A stretch of DNA of 64,000 nucleotides from Desulfotomaculum sp. (GCA_003485325.1 DMZI01000065.1:506-64505); one strand, 5' to 3'; counted from the first letter of the stretch, positions 8,751 to 18,139 are shown. The notes: generated from the sequence alone by a model not told the origin. Translations and numbers: made by a program.

Positions 8751-10592
8751 TTACTTATTAAAGTTAAAGGAATCCAAAGGCCTGTTGATCCATTCTTCAA
8801 TTTTTTCCGCTGCCTTGTTAAGATCTGTATAAAAAGCACAGGACTGTTCGATTATATTTCTTGTTTTTTCAATTTGTTCAACAGCCTCTTCCTCTCCAAC
8901 ACGGGCAAATTTCTGGTAAGCGGGTGAAATAACCGCTTCCAGCCAGGGGAAAGCTTTCTGCTGTTCAAATATCTTTTGATCCAAATATTCCAGTTTTTCT
9001 TTTAACGGGTCTATCTTTTCAAGGGGCGGCATTTCATCAGAACGATAAAGGTCTTCCAGTTTCTGTGATATCTGCAGTCCTGATCGAGTATACTTCTTTA
9101 CTCTTCTGATGCATTTTTTTGTTTCCTTTAAATCAAAACATATATTTTTGATCACATCAAGAGGAATATCTTTTTTTACGGCCAGTCTCTTTATTGTTTT
9201 GTCAATAGGGTACTCTTTTGTCAGGTACCTGTCTATAGCTTCTCTGAAGGGCATTTCTTCAGTGCCGGGTATTCTGGCCCCGCCTTCGGTTGCGTTGATT
9301 ATTTTTACCTGATCTTTAACCAGGGGGATCTCCTCTTCGTACCAATGTAAAAAACAGGCCAGAGAATGACTTGTTTCAACTTTTTTATCTCCCCCGTATC
9401 CCTCTACTTCAACCAACTGTTCGTTGCCGGATACGGTGCGCCCCTCGTAGATTGTCCTTTGTGAATGTGTTTTGCCGCCGGTGTAGGCAAGGTCCTGCCC
9501 GATAAAGATAATTGGATCAAGGCCTGCTTTTACAGCCAGGTCAAAGGAAACATTAGCTACCGAAGGGCCGCCCTTCAATAGGGTCCTTTTCTCATCAATG
9601 AAATTCTCCAGCCAGGTCATGAAGTAAGGATCGTATGCTCCAACAATTTTTGGCCCTTTAAAGTTGGCGGGGATGCTTTTATAAGTTACGGGAGAAAAGA
9701 TTAATACAGAATCTTTAACTTCCACGTTTTCGAAATTTACCGCGTTGGGTTCTCCCCCGTCAACAGTGACGACAAGGTCTGGTTCTATTCCAAGACTTAA
9801 TATTGCTTTAAAAGCGGTTCCGGCCGCAATAATAACCGCCTTATTCTTAATTTCTTTGAGAAGATGTATATTCTTATCCAGAGACGGGCCCGCAGCAACA
9901 ATTACTCCTGGAACGCCTTTAAATGGCCCGCAAAGTATATCTACGTCCGGAGCTTGAATTGTTGCCGGAAGGTTACATAAAAAGTTTTCGGTCCAGTCGA
10001 AGGAAAAACGCATCAAAGTATTTGAGTGTAAGATATGATCAGCTACAACAGCATTTGCTGACTCTTCAAGTTCTTTAAAATTATCGCCTGCATTCCGCAG
10101 CGCAGGCAAATATGCCAGGAGCTTAAGTTTTTCAGGCTGGTAGATGTTTAGTTGCTTTTCAATTATTTTGTTAATCTCTTTTTTTTCGGCGCCAAAGTAT
10201 AAAACGATGTTTTCCTTGTTGATCAGGGAAGTGAGATCAACAGCGTTTAAGGCTGTTTTAAACGTTGACAGGTCAGGTTCCATGGCCACAATTCTGGCTT
10301 TTGGGTATAATAAACTCAATCTGTTAATGTGATAACCCAGGCCAATTCCACAAACAAGCAGTGTATCATCTTCCGCCGCATAGATATTTTGAGCCCACCG
10401 GGCGGCTTCTCTCACAGGGTCGTAGGCGCTGTGCAGGTGGTAGACCTTTTTGTTGTGAGATACTTTCAAGGTAGGTAGTCCATTCTTCGCCGGGACTACT
10501 TCACCAAGAGATGTTGTCTGTGATAATCTGTCTACCAGATCAGGGTATCTGTTTTTTAATGCGGAAAGATTATTTCTAGATAAGTTGCACAT
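8751..10592 (-). CDS. maf: Motility-associated factor (Maf) / DUF115-type flagellin nonulosonate glycosyltransferase
   Basis: The 613-aa protein has a central MptE-like/DUF115 core (GVPGVIVAAGPSLDKNI ... AAGTAFKAL ... VTVDGGE). It lies between the flagellin-export genes and the nonulosonate pathway. Confidence 0.75.
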   Translation of the reverse strand: MCNLSRNNLSALKNRYPDLVDRLSQTTSLGEVVPAKNGLPTLKVSHNKKVYHLHSAYDPVREAARWAQNIYAAEDDTLLVCGIGLGYHINRLSLLYPKARIVAMEPDLSTFKTALNAVDLTSLINKENIVLYFGAEKKEINKIIEKQLNIYQPEKLKLLAYLPALRNAGDNFKELEESANAVVADHILHSNTLMRFSFDWTENFLCNLPATIQAPDVDILCGPFKGVPGVIVAAGPSLDKNIHLLKEIKNKAVIIAAGTAFKAILSLGIEPDLVVTVDGGEPNAVNFENVEVKDSVLIFSPVTYKSIPANFKGPKIVGAYDPYFMTWLENFIDEKRTLLKGGPSVANVSFDLAVKAGLDPIIFIGQDLAYTGGKTHSQRTIYEGRTVSGNEQLVEVEGYGGDKKVETSHSLACFLHWYEEEIPLVKDQVKIINATEGGARIPGTEEMPFREAIDRYLTKEYPIDKTIKRLAVKKDIPLDVIKNICFDLKETKKCIRRVKKYTRSGLQISQKLEDLYRSDEMPPLEKIDPLKEKLEYLDQKIFEQQKAFPWLEAVISPAYQKFARVGEEEAVEQIEKTRNIIEQSCAFYTDLNKAAEKIEEWINRPLDSFNFNK

Positions 10593-10621
10593 GGCTTTTC
10601 TCCTTAGACCGGATTTTCAAG

Positions 10622-10972
10622 CTAAGATAAAATGCATGTATTTACCTGTTCCACAAAAGGTACAAGTTCGTACTCCAGCAGATCGCCAATCAAAACGTAA
10701 TCATCATTTTCCCATGCGTCAAGCAAACTGCTCAAATAGTTGCCCAGTTCTTCGATCTTTTTATAATCAAATGATTCTATGTTTCTCAAGAACCCTGCCA
10801 GCCAGCGCAACCCATCCGTGGCCTTGGTAAAAAAATATGCCCCGTCGGCCTCATTGCCATTATGCATCAATTCTGCGATAGCCATAAGGCCTTTGGATAA
10901 CTTAGGCAAATAATCAGCTGCGGACTGATAGAATTCATTATTGAATAAATCGTTTGGTTTATCAACAGCCAT
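10622..10972 (-). CDS. Hypothetical small helical protein (116 aa)
   Basis: The ORF is tightly packed between maf and the FliT-position gene. No family was recognised. Confidence 0.4.
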   Translation of the reverse strand: MAVDKPNDLFNNEFYQSAADYLPKLSKGLMAIAELMHNGNEADGAYFFTKATDGLRWLAGFLRNIESFDYKKIEELGNYLSSLLDAWENDDYVLIGDLLEYELVPFVEQVNTCILS

Positions 10973-10984
10973 TTCTAAAGCCTC

Positions 10985-11404
10985 CTAAAAATCTTTTTGA
11001 ATGAACCTTGGCGAAGGTATGATGTTTCTCCTATAGGCTTGAAGAGTATCCCTTGTTTTGTTCAGGATTTTGTTTTCTTGTATTTTTATTAACATGCAGT
11101 TAGTCATCAAATTCAGCAGCAAACCCATCTTTATTTTGACTTCTTTAGCCTCGTTAATAAGCTCTGAAAAAGCGTCTTTGACTATGGGAGATGTAAAAAG
11201 GGAAGAGTGATTATTATACAGACTCAAATCCGTGATCCTTTCTCTTATTTCTGCTTCCATCTTCCATATCTGTGTTGCTTCTCCCCAGTTGCCCAGTTTT
11301 ATTTCGTTTTCGGTTAAAAGAATCAATTCCTTAAGGGTGGAATAGGCGCTTTTCTGTTTTTGTATGACAGTTATTATTTCATCTGCCGTACAGGTCATCT
11401 TCAT
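10985..11404 (-). CDS. Hypothetical protein in the FliT/FlgN-like chaperone position (139 aa)
   Basis: ATGA start/stop overlap with fliS. It occupies the slot taken by fliT in the B. subtilis fliD-fliS-fliT operon and is predicted helical. The assignment is positional only. Confidence 0.35.
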   Translation of the reverse strand: MKMTCTADEIITVIQKQKSAYSTLKELILLTENEIKLGNWGEATQIWKMEAEIRERITDLSLYNNHSSLFTSPIVKDAFSELINEAKEVKIKMGLLLNLMTNCMLIKIQENKILNKTRDTLQAYRRNIIPSPRFIQKDF

Positions 11405-11775
11405 ACCCCTATTTTACAGGCGCTCTTGGCCCATGCGTCTTTTATTTCGGTAAGGAGTTCGGTTATCTCATTAAGGATTGTGACATCTCTTTTGATGTTT
11501 GCCTGGATGAGACGAAAATGCATATATTCGTATAATCTTTCTAGATTAATGGCGAAATCACCGGCCTCAAAGTTTAAGCTTGCTCGTAATTCATTGATTA
11601 TTTTTTGGCTTCGGCTTAAAAGGTAGTTTGTTTTGGCTATTTCACCCTGTTGGATAGTTTCCTTTGCCTGATCCATGAAGCTTAAAGCTCCCTCATAGAG
11701 CATAAGGACGAGCTTTTCCGGCGGGGCTGTAATAATGTTATTCTGGGCGTAAACGGCTACCTGTTCATTAATCAT
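11401..11775 (-). CDS. fliS: Flagellin-specific export chaperone FliS
   Basis: NNIITAPPEKLVLMLYEGALSFMDQAK and LNFEAGDFAINLERLYEYM are typical FliS motifs. Confidence 0.9.
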   Translation of the reverse strand: MINEQVAVYAQNNIITAPPEKLVLMLYEGALSFMDQAKETIQQGEIAKTNYLLSRSQKIINELRASLNFEAGDFAINLERLYEYMHFRLIQANIKRDVTILNEITELLTEIKDAWAKSACKIGV

Positions 11776-11802
11776 TTGGATGTCCCCCTTGATCTGCTTT
11801 CT

Positions 11803-13497
11803 TTAATCACTGTTAAACGCTGAAATCTGGCTCGCCAGCCATGTGCTCGTTGAATTGAACTTGTTTATAAGCTCTTCCATCTGAGCGAACTGACTTTTCA
11901 ACTGCTGCTGCCTCAGTTCCAGCCGGTCGTTCATATCTTTAATTGAAGCGTTTAAAAATATTACCTCTTTTTCATACGCTTTTTGGTGTGCAGGTATAAG
12001 ACCGTTTCCATCATTGATCTGGCGGTCAATTTCAGCTATTAAGCGTACCGCAACTCCATTTTCACTTTCTCCAAAAAGATTGGCCAGGGCTGCTGATTGG
12101 TTTTGGGCGGCTGATTTCAGTTTGCTCTCGTCTAAAACTAATTTACCGTCACGATCTACAGTAATTCCTGCCTGCGATAACCTGCTCAGACTCGTTGAGG
12201 CTCCCTCAACAGGAGCGATAGTTTTTCTCCAGATGGACTGAACCAGGGACTGCAAAGATATGTCTCCGTTTAACGCACCTTCCTTATCCAGGTCATCGTT
12301 AATTAAACTAATCACTTCATTGTACTGGTTTACGAAGTCACTGATCTTGCTTATAGTCGATTCATAGTCGGGCTTAACTTCTATGCTTGCTTCTCCTTGG
12401 GTCAACAAGGTAATGTTTAACCCCGTGATAATATCTGAAACCTGATTCGAAGCGCTGTAGAAAGTTGCTCCTCCGTTAATTTCCGATATAGAGAAAGAGG
12501 CGTTGGCGCCCAGGTCCTGTTGAGCGTTTAATATGTCCAGGGCGGCTAAGAGGTTTCCGCTTGTATCCGATAAAGATATGCCAATACTGCCAGTTTTGCT
12601 TGATTTAAGCGCGATTTTGTCTGACACCGGATCATAGCTGGCATAAACTTGAGCATCGGAACTGTTTATCCGGCTGATTACGTCGTTTAATGAGTCAGAC
12701 GAAGTATCGTAATTTATTGACACGCCGTTGATTGTAAAACTGCCGCTGGTTGTGGAAAGAAGCCCGTTTTTCAAACGTGAATTATCCAAAACTGCATCTG
12801 TTTCGGCCATTCCCAGGTTCGCCTGGCTGGTTTTCGTATAAGTTCCGCTTCCCTGTGCCGGAGCAGCCAAAAGGCGTGTAGCAGTAAGAAAGTTGCTTGT
12901 ATCAGCGCCCTGGCCAAGTTTAAGGTTGTCGGGATCGTCGCTGGTCAAAACCAGGCGGTCGTTTTCATAACTTGCTGTAACTCCGGTTGTCGCCGATTGC
13001 GCATTGATCCGGTCGATCACGTTGACCAGATTATCACTGGCGGCGTCCAGGGTAAAAGTGTAGTTGTTGATCGTAAAAGTTCCGCTGGCGGGAGTAATGG
13101 CAAAACCAGCTTCGCTGCTGTTTAAAACCGCGCTGGTATTAATGGGCTGGCCGATTGTCCCGGTGCTTTGTGCCCTTGTTCCCGTAGCTATGTTGCTTAT
13201 GTTTAAATGATATGTTTCCGGGACGGAATTGCTTCCAGCCGTAGCGCCGGCTATAGAGTTATCACTAACCTGGGCGGTTTTGCCCGAGAAGGAACTGGAC
13301 AGGTTCAATTTCGATAATGTGTTTCTCAGGGAGAGGAGTTTGGTGTTAATTTTACCCCAGGCATCTTTTTTGGCGGTTAAATTTGTAACCTTTGTTTTCA
13401 TATTGGTCACAGGCTGTTTTTCAATCTGCATTAAAGCCTCAATTATGCTGTCTGTGTCAATGCCGGAGCTGATTCCTGTAAACTGAATGGTCGACAT
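11803..13497 (-). CDS. fliD: Flagellar filament cap protein FliD (HAP2)
   Basis: N-terminal FTGISSGIDTDSIIEALMQIEKQP and a C-terminal coiled coil (LRQQQLKSQFAQMEELI), with a Ser/Thr/Asn-rich centre. Confidence 0.9.
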   Translation of the reverse strand: MSTIQFTGISSGIDTDSIIEALMQIEKQPVTNMKTKVTNLTAKKDAWGKINTKLLSLRNTLSKLNLSSSFSGKTAQVSDNSIAGATAGSNSVPETYHLNISNIATGTRAQSTGTIGQPINTSAVLNSSEAGFAITPASGTFTINNYTFTLDAASDNLVNVIDRINAQSATTGVTASYENDRLVLTSDDPDNLKLGQGADTSNFLTATRLLAAPAQGSGTYTKTSQANLGMAETDAVLDNSRLKNGLLSTTSGSFTINGVSINYDTSSDSLNDVISRINSSDAQVYASYDPVSDKIALKSSKTGSIGISLSDTSGNLLAALDILNAQQDLGANASFSISEINGGATFYSASNQVSDIITGLNITLLTQGEASIEVKPDYESTISKISDFVNQYNEVISLINDDLDKEGALNGDISLQSLVQSIWRKTIAPVEGASTSLSRLSQAGITVDRDGKLVLDESKLKSAAQNQSAALANLFGESENGVAVRLIAEIDRQINDGNGLIPAHQKAYEKEVIFLNASIKDMNDRLELRQQQLKSQFAQMEELINKFNSTSTWLASQISAFNSD

Positions 13498-13514
13498 GAT
13501 TTCAACTTCCTTTT

Positions 13515-13883
13515 CTACACATAATCATCCATGAATATTCCCACAGCATTTTTTATTTGGGCCAGTATATCCAGGAATTTTTCCTCTGGAATTTCTTTAA
13601 TTATTTTTTCCGGATACCGGGTTGGATCGACGACCTGTACTATTAGCTGCTTGGTAGCTTCATGGACCTTGAAACGCAGATTGTAGCCAATAAAAATTGC
13701 CAGCTTATTTAAAGTTTCTGTGTCGGCTTTTAATACTTTGATTTTTTCTTTTGCTGCCACGGTTTTTCCCGTATTTGAATCGTCTTCATTTTTGATCTGC
13801 TGTTTTTTTTGAACCGGTTTAAGATCCTGCTGCAAAGTAGATTCTTTTATCGCCTGGATTGCGCTTTTTTCTTCTATTTTCAT
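13515..13883 (-). CDS. flaG: Flagellar protein FlaG
   Basis: LRFKVHEATKQLIVQVVD...KIIKEIPEEKFLDI matches the FlaG family, and the gene sits between flagellin and fliD. Confidence 0.8.
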   Translation of the reverse strand: MKIEEKSAIQAIKESTLQQDLKPVQKKQQIKNEDDSNTGKTVAAKEKIKVLKADTETLNKLAIFIGYNLRFKVHEATKQLIVQVVDPTRYPEKIIKEIPEEKFLDILAQIKNAVGIFMDDYV

Positions 13884-13951
13884 AGACCATCATCCTCTTC
13901 GAATCCCAAAGGACCATCTAAAAGAAGTATTTTGTTTCCCCCTAACAGGAG

Positions 13952-13985
13952 GGACGGCCGGATACTATAACACACCGGCCGGTCC
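13952..13985 (-). terminator. GC-rich stem-loop 20 nt after the flagellin stop (attenuator or 3' stabiliser; no clear U-tract)
   Basis: ggaccggccgg-N13-ccggccgtcc inverted repeat read on the minus strand. Confidence 0.35.
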
Positions 13986-14004
13986 TGATAAAGGGTTCCA
14001 AAAT

Positions 14005-14823
14005 TTACCTCATTAAGGATAGTATCTGCGAGGGTATTTGGTTTGCCTGAGCCAACATAGCCATGCCGGTTTGCTGCAGGATCTGGTTTCTTGAGAAAGT
14101 GGTCATTTCTTTGGCCATGTCCAAATCCCGAATTCTCGACTCGGCTACGATGAGGTTCTGTGTCATATTCCCCAGGTTAGTAATCGTATGCTCAAGGCGG
14201 TTTTGATAGGCGCCGAGCTGTGCCCTGCGGCTGGCAAGTTTTTCAATGGCATTCTGCACTTTCGTAATTGCCGCATTTGCCCCGGTCACAGTACCCAGTG
14301 ATAGTGTTCCTCCCGTTACTATAGCTGAAAAGGCTGCTCTGTTGATGGCGATGGTCATTTTTTCAGCCGCCTGGGCTCCGATCTGGAAGACCTTGCCGGC
14401 TGAGAAGCCGCCGCTTAACAGTTTGATGCTGTTGAAGTTGACATTGCCCGCCATCTGATCGATCTGTGCTTTTAAAGCGCTGTATTCGGCGGTAATCTTT
14501 GCCCGGTCTGTATTGTTCAGACTGTTGGTTGCAGCTTCGGTGGCCAGGTCTTCCAAACGGATAAGGATGCCGTTCATGGTTTCCAGCGCACTTTCACTGG
14601 TCTGGATCAGCGAGATTGCATCCTGGGCGTTCAACTGGGCTCTTTCCATACCCTTAAGCTGAGCCCTCATTTTTTCCGAGATAGCCAGTCCGGCGGCGTC
14701 ATCGGCCGCACGGTTGATTCGCAATCCGGAAGATAGCTTTTCAAGGTTCTTGGAAATGTTGGCCTGGGTGATATTGAGGTTTTTATTAGCATCCAGCGCC
14801 ATGGTATTATTGTAAATGTACAC
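14005..14823 (-). CDS. fliC: Flagellin (short, 272 aa, D0/D1-only type)
   Basis: N-terminal LSSGLRINRAADDAAGLAISEKMRAQ and C-terminal MTTFSRNQILQQTGMAMLAQANQIPSQILSLMR. GTG start with an AAGGAGGG RBS. Confidence 0.95.
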   Translation of the reverse strand: MYIYNNTMALDANKNLNITQANISKNLEKLSSGLRINRAADDAAGLAISEKMRAQLKGMERAQLNAQDAISLIQTSESALETMNGILIRLEDLATEAATNSLNNTDRAKITAEYSALKAQIDQMAGNVNFNSIKLLSGGFSAGKVFQIGAQAAEKMTIAINRAAFSAIVTGGTLSLGTVTGANAAITKVQNAIEKLASRRAQLGAYQNRLEHTITNLGNMTQNLIVAESRIRDLDMAKEMTTFSRNQILQQTGMAMLAQANQIPSQILSLMR

Positions 14824-14908
14824 TACTTTTTTCCCTCCTTTTAAAGTTTTGATTTTCGTGCCTTTTTACGGCCGCTTAGAAAGGCACAAAAACTTTTATT
14901 TGTGTATA

Positions 14909-14937
14909 GAATCGGTAAAAAGGTTGATTAACTTAAG
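14909..14937 (-). promoter_or_regulatory. Candidate sigma-28 (SigD/FliA) promoter for flagellin
   Basis: The minus strand reads TAAG-N15-ACCGATTC against the consensus TAAA-N15-GCCGATAT. It lies about 85 nt upstream of the flagellin start. Confidence 0.5.
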
Positions 14938-14984
14938 AGTCTTGCAGGTTATCCGACTTGCAAAATATAAATTAATTTATTTTC

Positions 14985-15010
14985 ATAAAAAAAAGACCTT
15001 TAAGGTCTTT
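14985..15010 (-). terminator. Rho-independent terminator after flgL
   Basis: The minus strand reads aaagacctt-a-aaggtcttt followed by a run of 8 T. Confidence 0.6.
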
Positions 15011-15035
15011 GGAAAGGTTTTATATCTGTTCGCTG

Positions 15036-15944
15036 TTAACTTAAAAAATTCAACAAGCTTGTCTGTAAAACTTTTGCAGTGCAGGACAGGGTGGCCTGAT
15101 AGGTGAGCATACGTGAGACAAGTTCGGTTGTTGCCGTTTCTAAATCAGTATTTTGGAGGCCGGCCAGAGATTTTTGCAGTTTTGTGTTTTGATCTTCTAA
15201 AACCGTTTTGATCATCTCCAGGCGGTTGATTTTAGCGCCTGCTTCAGAGCGGGACTGGATAAAGAGGTTTTGATCATTGGTCAGGTTTTCTATTTGTGCG
15301 TTTACAGTTGAGGAATCTTTCGCTTTCAAGGCATTCTTAAGGTCAAAAAGGTGTGTAAAGACGTTACTATCAATGAAAAGCGCCTGACCGTTAAAATTTA
15401 CTGTTTCGCTAACCTGCGGCAGAACCTTCCTTGGCGAATCATTGAATATTTTTTCTGTGATGGAAGGGTTGACGATCACTTTTTCCCCTCCTCCCGGATC
15501 TTCTTGCCTTACAAAGGGCTGTTCTCCCTTGCTGTTGCTGAAAATGTACCTATCCTCAACTGAAGTGTTGGCAACAATAATCAGCTGGTTAATCAAATTG
15601 TTAACTTTTAAGGTATAGTTTTCGAAATCCGAAGAATTATTGCCTGTGTTGCTGGCTGAAAGAGCGATGTCAAGCGCGCTTTGCATTACCTGGTTGGCGC
15701 TGTCGAAAGCGCCGTCAGCTCCATTCAACCAGGAGATCCCGTTTTCTATGTTGCTGCTGTACTGCTCCCGGGAGGCCAGACTTTCTTTTATGGAAATTAC
15801 TTTCCAGAGACTGGAAGGATCGTCGCTGATTTGTCGCATTTTTTGTCCGGAAGAAATTTTCTGCTGTAAACCGGCTATCTCCCGGATGTTCTGCTGTAAA
15901 TTGCTGATTGTGTTTAGAACGGTCATGTTATTTGCAACACGCAT
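15036..15944 (-). CDS. flgL: Hook-filament junction protein FlgL (HAP3)
   Basis: Flagellin-like N-terminus (MRVANNMTVLNTISNLQQN...SSGQKMRQISDDP) and C-terminus (LTYQATLSCTAKVLQTSLLNFL), downstream of flgK. Confidence 0.85.
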   Translation of the reverse strand: MRVANNMTVLNTISNLQQNIREIAGLQQKISSGQKMRQISDDPSSLWKVISIKESLASREQYSSNIENGISWLNGADGAFDSANQVMQSALDIALSASNTGNNSSDFENYTLKVNNLINQLIIVANTSVEDRYIFSNSKGEQPFVRQEDPGGGEKVIVNPSITEKIFNDSPRKVLPQVSETVNFNGQALFIDSNVFTHLFDLKNALKAKDSSTVNAQIENLTNDQNLFIQSRSEAGAKINRLEMIKTVLEDQNTKLQKSLAGLQNTDLETATTELVSRMLTYQATLSCTAKVLQTSLLNFLS

Positions 15945-15964
15945 TCTTAAAATACCCCTTCCTG

Positions 15965-17296
15965 CTAAGTCCGGTTAATTAACGTATCCAGCATGTCATC
16001 AAAAATACTCATGGCCTTTGACAATGCCTGGTAAGCAAACTGGTACTGCATCAACATGGTGAGTTCCTCGTCTATGGAAACACCGGAAAGAGACTGGCGC
16101 TGGGTTTCAAATTGTAAGCCGATGGAATTAAAAGTTTCAGCATTTTTACTGGCCTGATTTTGGTCTGAGCCAATTTTTGTAATCAGTTGGCTGTAATAAC
16201 CTGCCAGGCTATTTTTACCTAATTCCTCATAATCAACTATGTCATTTATATCGGCTATGGTCATTGCGTTTCTGCCGTCACTGGGGGAGGAAAGTTCCTG
16301 GGCAGCAGCAATATTATATGGGTTGTTTAAAATATCCTCGCTGACCGAAATCTCTTTGTTTCCGGCATTATCCTGTAAAGTAAAGAAAGTCCCGCCCTGC
16401 TCATTATTTAAAGTAAATCCATCTTTATGAATTTCATTTACCTTGTCAGCCAGTGTCTGAATAAATAAATTCATTTTGTCCTGATAGTTTTCAACAGATT
16501 GTTTTGCCGCCAGAAGGCCGCCCAATTCCCCTTTTCCCGATGACATATCATTCTCGGACAGGGGATTAACATCCTGACCTTCAACAATTGTTTTTCCATA
16601 AACAAGTACAGTCGCAGTGTTGTTATCGTTAATAGTAATTGTGATATCTGAAAGTTTGGACATCTCATCAAGCAGGGAGTCCCTTTGGTCCATTAAAGTG
16701 TTGTTCTCCGCGGTTACACATTTTTTCAACGCCTGGTTGACGTCGGCCAACCTGGCTGCAAGCTGGTTCATCTCTGAGATCTTGGAAGTTAAAGAACTCT
16801 TAATTTCAGTGCGGGCAGTCTCCATTTGAGAAGTAAGATAGTTAAGATAAGTAGTTAAGTTAACTGCGGTCCGGGTTACATTCTGACGGGCTGAGGCTTC
16901 CTGGGGGCTGCTGCTTAATTTTTGCCAGGAGTTCCAGAACTCCGTTAAGAGTGAGCTGACCCCAGTACCGATGGTATCTGTGAAAAGACCTCCTACTTTT
17001 GCCAATTCAGTCTCCTGTTCTTCCCAGTAGCCAACTTCGGAAAGATTGGCTCTAAGCTGGGGATCGAGAAAATTATCCCGCATTCGCTGAATATTCTTTA
17101 TTACCACTCCTGCATTTATTTGTTCATGGCCTAAGGAAGTTGGCAAAGATGTTCCGGTGGCTGAAAGAACAGCCCTCTGGCGTGAATAACCTTCAGTATT
17201 AGCGTTTGCAATATTATTTTGGGTTGTTTCCACGGCCTGCTGGTAAGTTGCCAGGCTGCGGCGGATTATTTCCAGCCCCGAAAAAGTCCCGGACAT
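15965..17296 (-). CDS. flgK: Hook-associated protein FlgK (HAP1)
   Basis: FSGLEIIRRSLATYQQAVETTQNNIANANTEGYSRQ and the C-terminal SGVSIDEELTMLMQYQFAYQA. Confidence 0.9.
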   Translation of the reverse strand: MSGTFSGLEIIRRSLATYQQAVETTQNNIANANTEGYSRQRAVLSATGTSLPTSLGHEQINAGVVIKNIQRMRDNFLDPQLRANLSEVGYWEEQETELAKVGGLFTDTIGTGVSSLLTEFWNSWQKLSSSPQEASARQNVTRTAVNLTTYLNYLTSQMETARTEIKSSLTSKISEMNQLAARLADVNQALKKCVTAENNTLMDQRDSLLDEMSKLSDITITINDNNTATVLVYGKTIVEGQDVNPLSENDMSSGKGELGGLLAAKQSVENYQDKMNLFIQTLADKVNEIHKDGFTLNNEQGGTFFTLQDNAGNKEISVSEDILNNPYNIAAAQELSSPSDGRNAMTIADINDIVDYEELGKNSLAGYYSQLITKIGSDQNQASKNAETFNSIGLQFETQRQSLSGVSIDEELTMLMQYQFAYQALSKAMSIFDDMLDTLINRT

Positions 17297-17326
17297 AAGA
17301 CACTCTCCTAATTAGTGTTTTAAATC

Positions 17327-17776
17327 CTAAAAAACCCTGTCGATCATTTGATTGACCTGAAGGGTTTCTTTAACTTTGCCTTCGGTATTGTAAACTTTTT
17401 GCTGATCTGGTGAGCAAAGTACAGATAGGATTTGGTGGTGGAAGTTAATTCCGTTTTGGCTGAGTATAGCATTCATTTGGAATTTTTCCTTTAACTGCTG
17501 CACCAAGCCGACGATATTTTTTTTAAGCTGCGCTAATTCCGCTTTTTCTTCGCAAGGAGTATTTTTAACCTGGTTTAAATACTCCATTTTTTTCAGGTTT
17601 AAAAAATTTAATTTCTCATTGGTTTCTGATATAAAATCATTAGCCTTGCTCAGTTCGGCTAGATTTCCTTCTTGAAGAGCGTACTGTTGTATTCCGGCCG
17701 CATCGACAAGCTTCTTGGCCAGGGTTAGTTCCAGGTCTAAAATTTCCTCAAGTGAAAGATTTTTATTAGCCGCCAT
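17327..17776 (-). CDS. flgN: FlgN-family export chaperone
   Basis: 149-aa helical protein located between flgM and flgK, with a FlgN-like pattern. Confidence 0.65.
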   Translation of the reverse strand: MAANKNLSLEEILDLELTLAKKLVDAAGIQQYALQEGNLAELSKANDFISETNEKLNFLNLKKMEYLNQVKNTPCEEKAELAQLKKNIVGLVQQLKEKFQMNAILSQNGINFHHQILSVLCSPDQQKVYNTEGKVKETLQVNQMIDRVF

Positions 17777-17789
17777 TTCAACTCTTTCC

Positions 17790-18110
17790 TTAACGTTTTA
17801 AATCTTTCACGGAATCTATTTCCTCAAAAAGCCCGTTGATGATTTTTTCCTCATCTGCTTCAAAGGAGCCGTCTTCAATTTTTTGCTGAATATTTTCAAT
17901 CAAGTCCTGGCGCACATCTGAAAGGCCGTCTAACTTTTGATGGAAAAATTGTATTTCCCTTGCTTCAGGTGAGATATTAAGCAAGCTGTTTTCCTCTTCA
18001 GTACCGGCGTCTTTTTTGGCCCGAAGGTTTTTAGCCTGTTTTAACTCGCTGCGGTATATTTCTAAAAGGTTATGAGTACTGCCGCTTTCGTTTATTTTCA
18101 TTACAACCAC
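17790..18110 (-). CDS. flgM: Anti-sigma-28 factor FlgM
   Basis: 106 aa with the C-terminal VRQDLIENIQQKIEDGSFEADEEKIINGL typical of FlgM. Confidence 0.8.
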   Translation of the reverse strand: MVVMKINESGSTHNLLEIYRSELKQAKNLRAKKDAGTEEENSLLNISPEAREIQFFHQKLDGLSDVRQDLIENIQQKIEDGSFEADEEKIINGLFEEIDSVKDLKR

Positions 18111-18139
18111 CCCGATGGTTATTTTTTCTCCTTTTCATT

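Noticed and set aside
13895-13910. TTCGAATCC resembling a tRNA T-loop.
   Set aside because: The preceding sequence cannot form acceptor, D or anticodon stems. It is simply the flaG upstream spacer.
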